Source: Glaucostegus cemiculus (Eukaryota). From it: a stretch of 64,000 nt of DNA. The DNA lies in assembly GCA_976551045.1 (NCBI GenBank), contig CDPCPM010000370.1:744001-808000 (forward strand), in the 5' to 3' direction. Of the stretch, positions 38,900-50,585 are shown in pieces (the first letter of the stretch is position 1; each line of letters opens with the position of its first letter). The translations under genes and the position numbers were made by a program. The notes under the pieces were generated by a model that had not been told where the DNA came from, searched no databases, and saw nothing but the letters and a program-made list of their open reading frames with translations.

Positions 38900-38938
38900 C
38901 ACACTGGTGGAGAGCAGGGAGAGTGATGTACAAAAACC
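38900..38938 (+). other. Recombination signal sequence, 23-bp spacer, 3' of the supporting V
   Basis: CACACTG (38900-38906) + 23 bp + perfect nonamer ACAAAAACC (38930-38938). Confidence 0.88.
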
Positions 38939-39546
38939 TCAATATGGTCTATCACAGGAACAAAGCGTTTCAGAGCGCGGGAGAGCGCTGTTCGAAAACC
39001 TCAGTGTGGCAGGGATTTATTAGAGATTGTGAGAGAAGGAGAGAAATAGATACTACGAAGTTAAATGATATTGGGCCTAACAATCACAGGATGACGCTTG
39101 GAAGGGAGAGAGAAGACATATGTACTTCGGAAATGCACCCACACAGCACAACTGCCATTAGATAATTTCAAGTTAAATCGGGCCAATTTAATGCTGCTTA
39201 CAAACAATTAAGTGAAATTGCTTTGCTGACATTCTGGTGAAGTGGTAACGACAGCGCGAAATAGAATGACACGGAACCTTTACAATAACTGGAAAATAAG
39301 TGATGATAATGTTAATTTGGTTTTAAACATTGCGCTAACTGGACGGCCTCTGTCGTACACGTGCCCTTGACCGTAACCAGAGATAACAGAGGAAAGTTCA
39401 GTGTCACGTCACAGCACAGAGACGGATTAATCTGCAAAGATTGTTGCACAACAGAAAACAATCGAAATCATGAATTCCATGCTTTCCCCCCTTCTCTGTA
39501 GTACAATAATGCTGGCGCACTAAACCTCTCATAATTTGTTGAAAAC

Positions 39547-39795
39547 GACATGGTGGCGCAGCGGTTAGCGCGATACTATTACAGCGCCAGCAATCGGGGT
39601 TCGATCCCCGCCGCTACCTGTCAGGAGTTTGTACTTTCTCCCGTATCTGCGTGGGTTTCCTCTGGGTGCTCCAGCTTCCTCCCACATTCCAAAGGCGCAT
39701 GGGTTGGCCAATGTGGGTTTAAAATGGACGGCGCGAACTCGTTGGGCCGGAAGGTCCTGTTACCACGCTGTACATGAAATAACATAAAAATAAAT
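39547..39795 (+). mobile_element. V-SINE (HE1-like)
   Basis: tRNA head plus V core as in the other copies. Confidence 0.85.
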
Positions 39796-41319
39796 TGCAC
39801 TCGGTGTCAGTAACCTCGTTAGAACACAACGGAGGTGCAACAAGCTGACTGGGAGAGCTGTTGCGAAGTGAATAGCCGAATTCTAATGTTACGAGGGATA
39901 GCAGCAAGTCAAGGATGAGCTGAATGACGGGTGCAGGCGTTCCCTTACTCCGCTTCGTCGCTGAACTGGAAGGGCGATTCCGCTTTGATTCCAGACATTC
40001 TGCTGATAGGGAACTTATTTGAAGAGGGATTGCTGGCCCTTCAAATTAAATATAACGGCTGGTAATTACATTTTGGCAGCTTTTAATTATTTATTGATTT
40101 TCCAAAGCCGTTCATCTCATTAATCTTCTTTTAATTCTCGTTTACTTTGAATGAGTTGAAATAAATTCAGTACCTTCGAATGTCTTTCTGCGGGAATAAA
40201 CAATTGAAATTACTTCTATTCCTTAGTTCACGTTTATTTATTTCTTTGTAACGTATTAGTATTTGATGTACTACTCTCTCAAGAGCGGATGGACTCAAAA
40301 ACTATTCAAAAAGCCTCGAAGCTTTGACAAGAAATGGAGATCTATCCCCGTCCTTGCATCCAATGGGACGGTATGGGTTCACACAAGACAGAAACATTCC
40401 TCTGGGCCTGTGCCGATCATCAAACGCCTACAAAAACTGATCCTCTTTTATTCGTCCCTCTTTCCTAACAACCCTCCCCCCGATTCGGGTATTTATCTGC
40501 ACACTTTACAACGTCGGGTGGCCAACTGAGTTACCAATCCGCAAGCATTTGGGATGTGGAAGGCAAACCAGAGCGCCGGGAGGAAACGCAACGAGTTCGC
40601 GAAAAAGACATTCCCAAGGATCTGTGTTCGTACTGCCTGATAACCACGCAAAAACTCATACAAAGCTTCCCATCTTGTTTGCAGGTGATTCACATCTGAT
40701 GAAGTGATGGACCTTGTCCAATGGTTTACACGAAATACCCATCTGCATTCTCAGCTGGTAATTATCGTTCATGGCTAGTTTATATGAAGGCTGCGGGAAA
40801 CCTGCTTGTGGCACGAACAGATTTATTGTTCAATCACCATATGCAGTGAGGAGAAAAATGAATTCATTGCAATATTATCCTTTCACCTTCGTTAAGCTAC
40901 ACAGGAAATGAAGACAGATAAGAGCCGTGGAGCATTTTGTTTCAGCAAAATACACCCTTTAAGACAGAATCTCAATGGCTTCGACTTAATTTGAATATGA
41001 ACGGTTTCCTATGTTCTTGCGGGAATCCTTTGACAATGTATCAGGAACAGTTATACAAAATCAGAAGAAACAAGGGTGGAAGGTTTCACGTTCACACTGA
41101 AATGGGGAGTTGAAGTTACATTTAGATCAGCCTTTGATCTTAGTGAGAAACCAGGCAGTTCGTGGTTCCAACTTGTCGAATCTTTCTCTTACTCCGTTTG
41201 TTTGTCTGTTCGTACGACCTCGGGAACTGATCCCCTCAAGAAGATAGGATGTTCACGCATATTTGATACAGTGTTTAAAACCACTTCTCCAGTGTTACAA
41301 TTTGTACAGTGTTTAAAAT

Positions 41320-42204
41320 CATGTTTCCACCTTTCCAATTCTGGTGAATGAATACTTAAGCACCTGTAGCAGCTCCTCTCTTAACGTCCTCTGGGTGAGC
41401 GTCTAAATGTCCGTATTTGTGCTGGAGCTCAGCAGCTGAAGCACATGCCCGTCAGTCCAAATGTTGACAAACTCGTGGACCAAGTCCTGCGCATAAAGAC
41501 GTTTAAACCTCGATAACAAACAACATATGTGACATTTGTGACCCAAAGCAGTTTGAAACTCTTGGAGATTGCAAATATTAAAATGATGGATCGCTTGAAG
41601 TTCCCCATTTCGGTGTACTTTCCTTTCTACCCACTGCTGAGTTCCTGCAGGCCACTGCGCACCTGAATGCCACGAAAATTCAGCTGACGGTGAGCACGTT
41701 GAAAAGCAAAGCCACTGGAGTTAACAGTTATTCGGCCCAAGAAAATGTCAGTTATTCGACTTGGATATGACATTCTCTCTGTTTAAGGTAGTCCCGCGCA
41801 AGATAGATACCCATTCCAGGATAACGATCGGACGCAAAGGACCAGGAAATGGTCGTTACACAGAATAGAGCTGTCACGGTCTCTACAACAACAACTGCGA
41901 TTCACTCTGTGGAGTATTTGGTTTTCAGATTCTGAGTGCAAAGGGCCACAAACGATTAAAGGTGGAAACAATCGTAAACCAAGCAGAACAGTGTACACCA
42001 CGGGAGACAGGAAGAGAATGAATCTGCACAACGGAGTGTTGAACAGGAAAGAATCCTACCAATAATGATCGGCAGCGCGATGCAATATCAGGACTCTGCT
42101 AATCACCGAGAGGACTGCCGTCCTCATAGCCACCAGGAACCGAGTGGGGAATATAGAGAGATTGCACTTTCTGCCTGACAGGATCACAATCAACATCATG
42201 TTCA
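41320..42204 (-). pseudogene. GPR139-like: GPR139-like GPCR pseudogene
   Basis: Minus strand NMMLIVILSGRKC.L..., RFLVAM, ..TEMGNFKRSIILIFAIS.., LQLLSSSTN, TQRTLREELLQV, with many frameshifts. Confidence 0.8.
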
Positions 42205-42524
42205 ATGGACGACAATGAAAGACGAAATCATTGTGAACTGGGCGGGTAATTTAAACGTTGACCGTGGGCAAGAGGAAGGCTTATATATTCTGATATCCCT
42301 TTGGCTCCTATTACGAACGGGGACTGCCGGGCTTTGATATTTATTGGCCTTCGAACCCACACGGAACATACAGATGTGACGTGATCCTCTGAATATGGCG
42401 AACGTCGGAGTGTTTCGAACGGTAATTTCAAAAGATAGGTCAATTAACCGTCAGCTATCAACCGATCACCAAAAAGCTGTAAGTCATATTTCGAGGGACA
42501 ACTCCACGAATGTTGGGAATACAA

Positions 42525-42850
42525 CATAGAACATTACAGCACAGTAAAGACCCTTCGGCCCACAATGCTGTGCCGGCATTTAATCCTGCACTAAGATCTG
42601 TAAAACCCTTCCCTTCCACATAGCACCCAATGAGTCTATCTAAGAGTCTCTTAAATGCCCCTATTATATTTGCTCCAGAACCTCTGCCAGCAGTGCGTTC
42701 CACGCACCCACCACTCTCTGTGTCGAAAGGTTACCCCTTACATCCGCCTTATACCTTCCTCCAATCACCTTAAAATGATGTCCTCTCTGGCTAGCAATTG
42801 TCACCCTGGGAAAAGAGTCTCTGACGGTCTACTTGATCTGTGCCTCTTAT
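42525..42850 (-). mobile_element. CR1-type LINE 3' end
   Basis: RVVGAWNAL-like sequence, FKRLLDR, and a typical 3' UTR with an (AGAACAT) tail. Confidence 0.75.
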
Positions 42851-43380
42851 CAAAGGAAGAAATTGGAAAACAGCCAATACAACCCAACAGAGAAAATCTG
42901 CGACGTTTTTGCCGTCAGTAAATATCCATCGGGATGAGTTTCTTTTTTCTGTGAAAGAGAACGTCGAGGAGAACTTTAAGATTGTGAGGTTTTCAGGAGA
43001 ATGAATATGGATAAAAATCTTTCAACCCGTGTGGAATTCACATCTGGTGCACAGCAGCATCAGGTCACTGATGCCTGATTTATTCAGTGGAGAGTTTTGT
43101 TCGGGGGGTATTACGGCAAATCCAGCTCGGCATCAGATGAAGCAGTTTGTGGGAATTACAAAGGCACATGGGAAAGAATAGTCTAGCTGAGGGAGAAATC
43201 AATGAGGGATATCGACAGATTAACGTGAAGCAGTGTGGAGATGCACGCACCAGCTAGTTTGTGGTACACAAGGCTCAATCTGATTTCTTCTTGGAAATTC
43301 CAGTTGTTTTATCTCAAATTTGTTGTGCGGTGACCCGAACAATTGTGTCTTGTTCTTGCATTAAGTTTCTTTTTAAACAG

Positions 43381-43664
43381 GCCAGAGCAATACCGATTCA
43401 GCAAAGCACGGAAGAATTAGAGGATATCACTTTGACCTGTACTTACCACAAAGACGCTTCTTACTTCAATTGTAACCGCCAATACGCAAGAAGACTGCTC
43501 GAGTTAGCCGTTATGCGCACCATTCAAGGCAGCTGTGAAGAAAATGCGAATTTCTCCGAAGGAAGCTTTTCTCAGATAATTTGCATGGCTTTCAAGGAAT
43601 ACGAATTGATCATCAAGGGGTTGCAGCTGTCTCACTCGGCGGTGTATTGGTGTGCACAGAGACT
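43381..43664 (+). pseudogene. TCR Valpha/delta pseudogene
   Basis: After ttaaacAG: ..EDITLTCTYHKDASYFNCNRQY...YELIIKGLQLSHSAVYWCAQR. Invariant Trp lost; followed by heptamer-like CACATTG (43665-43671) with a poor nonamer. Confidence 0.75.
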
Positions 43665-44499
43665 CACATTGCTGAGCAGATGCATCATAAAATAACTGAC
43701 AAACGCATTTGAGGCACAGTCGTTCTCTGTTGCAGGCTGTCTGTATCAACGGCTCAGACCCTGATACCAGAACACAATGACCGTGCGCAAGCACATAAAC
43801 CACAGAGGCTTGACAAAAAAAAAGCTGCTGGCAGCGTGTCCTAATTCTACGGCGGTTTCTTCATTAATTGTTTGATGAGTAAACAGATTACCCTCCGTTT
43901 ATGTATCTTCGGAAACAATCCTTTCCAGTGCAGAATAAATTGAGCCATAAGTCTCTGCGACCGGGTCTAATCGGGAATAATGGGTTCAGATGTTGTTCAG
44001 GACAAAATGTTAAATTGAGGGTGTTTTAATCAGAATCAGGTTTATTATTACTGTCTTACCTGAGGCGAAATCTGTTGTTTTACGGCAGCAGTACAACGCA
44101 AAGATATACAAAGCAATACATTAAAAATATACAAATAGTACATAAAAAGAACAATGACGTCGTGTACATAGGTTCATGGACCCTTCAGAGATCTTATGAC
44201 GAATGGGGAGCAGCTGCTTCGGAATCGTTGACTGTGGGTCTTCTGTCTACTGAGATGGTCTATGACACAATGAAATGGCCTATGATCTCACGATCTAACT
44301 GTTTTGACCTTGCACCTTATTGCACAGCACCTTCTCTGTACCTGCGACACTTTACTTTGCAGTTACTGTTTTACTGTACTCCATCAGGGCACTTTGTACT
44401 AACTATGTAACTGCACTGTGTAGTGAATTGACCTGTGCAATCGGTTTGTAAGCAAAGCTTTTCGCTGTACCTCGGTACAAGTGACAATAATAAACCAAC

Positions 44500-45390
44500 A
44501 CCAATACCAATACTGCAGCTCATTCCCGATAGTAATAAGGAGAAGAAAGCGCATGCGGGATGGCAAAAGTTCTGAACGATTGATGCCGCCTCCTTGAGAG
44601 ACCACCTCTTGAAGATATCTTCGATGGTGGGTGGAGTTCCGTCCGTGATGAAACTGCCTGAGTGTACAGCCTTGCGCAGCTTCTTGCGATCCTGTGCATT
44701 GGAGCCACCTTACCAGTCTGTGACACAACCAGTCAGAACGCTCTCTACCGCACATCTTTCGAAATTTCCAAGAGTCATCGGTGTCATGCAAAATCCGGTC
44801 AAGCTCCAAAAGGAGTAGAGCCGCTGGCGTGCCTTCGTCGTGATTGCATCATTGAGATGGGCTCAGTACACATCATTAGAGATACTGATGCCGTTGATCT
44901 TCAAGCTGCTTACCCTTCCAACGCTGACCCCCTCAATGAGGACTTGTGCCTGTGCTCCCAGCTCCATTTCCTGAACTCTACAATATTTTTCCCTGGTTTT
45001 TCTGACGTTCATGGCAAGGTCATTCGGTCAGCTGCTCTATGTCAATCCTGTTCGCGTCCACGTTGCTATCTGACATTTTAGTGACAACAGTGAAGTCATC
45101 TGCGAATTTATAAACGGCGTTTGAGCTGTGCTTATCCATACAGTCATGAGTGAGGGAAGAACAGAGCAGTGATCTTAGCACGCACCCTTGGAGATGTTAT
45201 CACTAATCGGTAGCGACTGTGGTTTCCATGTGAAAATCGACGTTCAGTTGCAGAGAAATATACTGAGATCCAGGTTTAGAAACTTAGTGATTAATGCTGA
45301 GCGGATGATGCAATTGAAAGCCGAGTTGCAATCAATAAAACGCAGCATGATGTATGTTTTGCTGTTGTCACCGTGTGGAGATAACTTCGC
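44500..45390 (-). mobile_element. Degenerate Rex/Babar-type LINE RT fragment
   Basis: KTYIMLRFIDCNSAFNCII..LITKF, and YKFADDFTVV on the minus strand. Confidence 0.8.
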
Positions 45391-47381
45391 ATAACCTAAA
45401 TGAGCATAATGAATTTGGAAATAAATGGGGATTGGGTGGCTGATACCAATCCCTGCCAATGATTGGTTCTTTGCTTTTTGCACGGCGGATCTAGTTTCTT
45501 GGAGCATTTAACTGTCGAAGTCTGAGATGTGTTTTCCATTTAACCTATTGCCCAAAGCAAAGATTTCTAACATCCTTCCTCGAAGTATGCTCGCAAGACA
45601 CAGGGGAATTTATGAAAACCCGATAACTACGCCCTGATTAGCTTTTTTAAATCGATGTTTATAATGGGGAACAGAAAAGGGCAGATTTAACAAACACTTC
45701 TTCCTTTTCCAAAAGCAGAATACGGATGTGGCATTGAACAGTAGTTTCTCCTTCATATGCCGGAGTAAAATTCCTCCATGTGAGACCGTTCACGGAATGC
45801 TCATTAAGTTGATTCCAGCGGTTATCTGATGAGTATCGGTTGGGTGGGAAGCAGCCATACATAGCTGAGTTCACAAGCATTAACGGTTTTCGTATTAGAT
45901 TTATTAAATTTTTTGGGAGGCGAGGATGAAATTTGTGACTTTCGTAGTTGATCCAGCAATTGTGGATCACAGAAGTTCCTAACGTCTCAATCTTTATGTA
46001 TGTGTCTTCATTATTGAACTTGAATGTTACGTATTACACTGTACATATTACGCAGGTACTTCTTACCCCTGGTGAATGTCTTGTTTGGAAGAAGGATAAA
46101 TTAACTTAAGAATTAACTCTTCTTCACACTGTACAGTTACTGCCTGATCTCTAGGGTAATTATTTCACTTTTTGTTCCATTTTAGATTTTTCGCATTTTC
46201 AGTATTTTCGTTTGTTTCACGGTTTATATTAAAATGCATGCTATTCCAGCAGCCCTAATTCTGCACATATTATATCAGCTGTGACCACACAGGATGAATT
46301 CACTATTTTAAATTAAATTACTTCAGCTAACACCGACAGAGTCATATTATCCAGCTCCTGTTTAGACCTGCTCCAGTCACTGCTAAAATGTATCCAATCC
46401 GTCTAAAATGATGTCCAAATTCTGTTCTTATAACCATTGCATCTCTGAAACTGAGCCCAGTGACTGCTCTAACTAAGTCCTTGTCACAATGTTGATTGAA
46501 GACAAGATCACAGAAAACCCAAATGCGGCATACTGGTACAAGACTGGAGTCAGGATACTTCCTCAACACCGGACGGAGTAAACACTGGAAGGAAATCTTG
46601 CCTTGGATATCTGAGTAGTAATGGCAACACAAATTGAATCTGCAAACGGCTAGAGAACACATGACTGCTCTGGAGCAGACCACGCTAAGCAGCTAGGAAC
46701 CAAACTCGATCTTTCAGGGTTGACCAATCCTCTGGCAACTAGTGCTGGAGAAACCCAGGTACTTAGGTTAGGCCCCTGATGGGGCTCACGTGTGTGTCAT
46801 TATGCAATCAGTCCAGCATGGAATCCATGTGCTGTACAACGAGGCATCTAAGGAACCAAATCAAGGGCCAGTACTCAGAATCATGACAGTCCGTCCATTG
46901 TATCCCGGTCCCATTCATTGACCACCTTACACAGAGCACCAACTTGCTGTCGGCAGGTCCTGAAATAATGGAATTCCCCTGACAGAATCACTTCACGTTT
47001 CTGTGGGACCTTTTGCTCTACAGACAGCTTCTGTTCAGACCAGACTAGTTCCTACAACACCACGTGGGTTATGGTACATTAGAGGTGAAAACATGAGTTG
47101 AAGCCAAAGTAATGCCAGATCATTCAGCTATCACAATAAGTATTACTTCATTATAATTGCTAATAATTACACTTAAATATTAACACTCTGCATATGCCGG
47201 AACACCCATTAAACTCACTGACTGCATCCAGAAGTGCAGTTCTTATGACGCTCAGTGACTTTTGCCCCGTGTCAATAACTGAACTGTTGTTTCAAAATGC
47301 ATGCAACACACAGAAGCTGTGCCCCGGTAACTTTCGGCAATATTTTACGAAGAATTTTGCCGTTCCCGTCCCATTACTGTA

Positions 47382-47809
47382 AGGTGAGCAAAACAGTACA
47401 TCTCTTTCATCAGACAACCTCAGCGCCGGGGTGGTCAATCGACACTACCGCTGGGACCCCTGGACTGCATCCGCAAACAGGCCATTCGCGGAATCCGCCT
47501 GAAGATCATTGGCGCCGTGTTTGTCGTCCGGGGTCACAAACGCGACCTGTCCGCCTCCGGACTGGCGGTAAGAGAATAAATAAAAATCGTTGTCGTTGGA
47601 GGAGCAGGTTAAAGTGACGAGTGTTCCCTCTCCCGTTTGAACACGGACACCTGCTGTGTTCTAGAGCTGGCATCTCTCAGACCTGGAACACAGTTAAAGA
47701 AAGACGAAAGGATTTTTTTTTTACTTCTAATTTACAAAATTGGCAAGACAGGGAACTGCATCGATCACGTCAGTGTGAACAGACATCACAGCAGAGAATG
47801 GAACAGCAT
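47382..47809 (-). pseudogene. TCR Valpha/delta pseudogene (leader about 47769-47809, V exon 47382-47682)
   Basis: EGTLVTLTCSSNDNDFYLFSYRQSGGG...DLQADSANGLFADAVQ..*CRLTTPALRLSD. Trp changed to Ser, stop and frameshift; decayed heptamer TACAGTA at 47375-47381. Confidence 0.75.
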
Positions 47810-49468
47810 CTGTGTGTCTCTCACACATCTTGTGACAACCCCTTTTCACTATGTCAGCTCAGATTGATCCCCGTTCCATTCAGCCTCTCACATCATTTTT
47901 TTTCCACATCATATGAGGTATATCAGATCGGCGGTCGCTGAAAAATTCGAAGACAAAGTCAGGAGAAATGTTTTCATTGAGGTTTGATGAGAACGTAAAA
48001 TTCACCATTAGATGGGGGTAGTGGAGCGTTCTCTCCAAGTCCGTGCTACTGCAAACCGATCCATATGATAGTTCCCCCGTCATCTGAGAATGTTTATCAT
48101 CCCTTTGGATATTTTCTAATAGTTTGAGCCTCGCGGATTCAGAACATAAAAGGTATTTTGCATTTTTCCCACTGAGTCAGTATTACTTGGGATCTCGTTT
48201 GTCGGCTGCAGACAAACTCTGTGATGTCAATTTAAAACCGTTTGCTTTCTAACCGATTGTGATTATCAGCCACAGCACAGCAATTGCAAGGAATCGCATT
48301 TTACTGTTCCCAACACCAGATATTTTAGTATCTCAGCGAGCTACGGGTCATGAATGGAAAGGAGAGGAAAGCCGTCTGATAGGATTATACACATTTCCCG
48401 CAGAACACAATGAGAAAGATGGTGTCCTTCTGGCTTTGGTTGGTTCGTTCTGGGTCACTACCCCAGATCTCGGTGTGCTATGATTGCACAGAATTCAGGC
48501 GGCAAATTCCCGGTTTAATATTCTCTGTTTCAAAAGGGAGAAGGAAGTCCTGAGCGCAAGTCTCAAACACCTGAGAGCCTGTTTGATATCCTGACATTTA
48601 CGTCAATTTAACAAGGGCCACTTTTGTCAAGTTAGCTTTTGCTCCTTGTAGAACAGAAATGCACTTGATGTTCAGCTGACGCGAAAATCCGATTCTTCTC
48701 CAGTTAATTGGAGAAAGACTGTATATTCCAGTTTACCTGATAAAGGTAAAATCAGAGAAATGCTGCTAAAAGCTAGAGTTAACATTTCTGGTGAAGCGTC
48801 TACAGAAGTTATGTTGCCATATGGTGGAAGATATTTTATTTTCTTCCGGGCAATGTTGCATGAAACTCAGGGCCGCTTTCACCTACTGAGTACCAGTACA
48901 CACAATGTCAGTACTTCAATCGGAATAAATAATGACGAATTTCTTTTGAGGTAAACATGATTCATAGCCTGCAGGAATACTCGGCGATTCTTCGTGGTCT
49001 GCAAATTTATGCATTTCTATGTTAAACCTAATGTCCTATTTTCTGCCAGAAATCCACGTCAGAGATAAGTTAAGACTTGTATTAATCCGTTGCTGCGCCA
49101 TCACTCCGTTTCTCTCCCACTATTTCTGCTCGTAGTAGCTGGCTTAGGGAGCAAGAGCAGATCAATCACAATCTCCTCCTGAACAGCGATCAGTAACCCC
49201 ACTTAAGCATCGCCGTGGGCCTCACGCCCAGATACACGGATTCTGATCCGCTTTGTTTGGAATCCTGCGGCCGCCTCGCCCCCATTTCTTTTCCTGCTCT
49301 CGGTCAGAGGAGTTTTCCTTTCCTGTGTCATTGGAGAGTTGATCCCGTAAGCTGCCGCTTGTGATTCGTTTACTCTGCAGGGAACTGTGGCACTATTATT
49401 TGTGCTTCTGCTCCGACAGGGCGTTATCATACTGTAGCCACAGAAATACAGATTCAGGGAACGTCATC

Positions 49469-49950
49469 ATGAAGAACAGCCTCGCACTTCTCCTCAGTAT
49501 TATGTCACTTATCCGTAAGAACTTTCTTCCCGGCAATATTCCAGAGTTCTCATGATCTCTGTAACCCTGTGATTTCTATTGAAGGAATGAATATGTTCGA
49601 GGTAATGATGGTAACTGATCTATTGTTTCTTTTTCTGTTAAACTGGAACCTTCAAGACACAGTGGAACAGTCGGTCGCTGAAATGACGTTCGAGGAAGAA
49701 AGTAGTATTAACCGAAATAGCATGCTGCAAACAAGTAGTATACTCACAAATGTTTTCTGGTACAGACATCCACACAGGCAGCCCCACTGTACCTGGTTAG
49801 GATTATCGCTGGGTCAACAGACGAGAATTACGAACCTCTCGAACGATTTTCTTCTACCTACGATAGAATAATAAAATATACCGAACACTCGACTCGCAAG
49901 GCTATTGTCTCCGACATCACCGTGTATCTCTGCACAATGAATCCCATGCT
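49469..49950 (+). pseudogene. TCR Valpha/delta pseudogene (leader 49469-49514, V about 49640-49950)
   Basis: Leader MKNSLALLLSIMSLI|GTAAGA. V: QDTVEQSVAEMTFEEESSI...VFWYRHP..., ending SDITVYLCTMN. First Cys lost; frameshifts. Confidence 0.7.
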
Positions 49951-50429
49951 CCTGCAAATCCTCACTTATCCCGAACGAAAATCCAGCATGAGAGATTTCG
50001 AGGGTGCTCGCTAGAGGGAGAACTCGCCCATTGAAGCAGAAAGAATGTCAAAGAAATGGGGGAAAGAAATTCTAACAACGGTCGGAAGACCCATTTGAAT
50101 AGTTTCAAAGGATGGTTGTGCTAGTTTCTCTGACCGGCGGCCTACCCATGAAAATGTTCGCTCTATGAACACTGTAACAGTGTTCCAACCCACTTTACAT
50201 TAAATAGTTAATTCAATAGACCACTCGGCCTCAAATCCGCTGTTACCACAGTGATCAATTCGATTGCTTTAATCCTATGCAACGACTGGGAGAGAAAGGC
50301 GGCGAACATTTGCGAAAGAAGAGCCCGTGTTCTGAGTAAACCGTTTTCCCATCATGAGCCCGTGAGGAACTAACGCGTAATGACATTACTCAGCTGTAAT
50401 CATGTGGCTTTTGATTTCAGGCAATGATT

Positions 50430-50585
50430 TCAACACCCTCTGCTGGATGATTCTGCAGAATACCATTGATATTCTCTGACCGACCACACGTGGATAATAA
50501 AGCAAAACACTAGAGTCAGATGGTCTCCGACATCAACTGACACCGAAGCTAATTCTATCCATTGAGTATTTTCAAATGCTACAAC
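50430..50585 (-). pseudogene. Decayed V-like fragment (FR1-FR2 only)
   Basis: After cccactgtAG: VAFENTQWIELASVSVDVGDHLTLVFCF...EYQWY; the second half is not recognisable. Confidence 0.3.

Noticed and set aside
47340-47381. J-like YSNGTGTAKFFV after the minus-strand V, suggesting a pre-joined VJ
   Set aside because: It begins at a decayed heptamer (TACAGTA) and is better explained as RSS spacer sequence.
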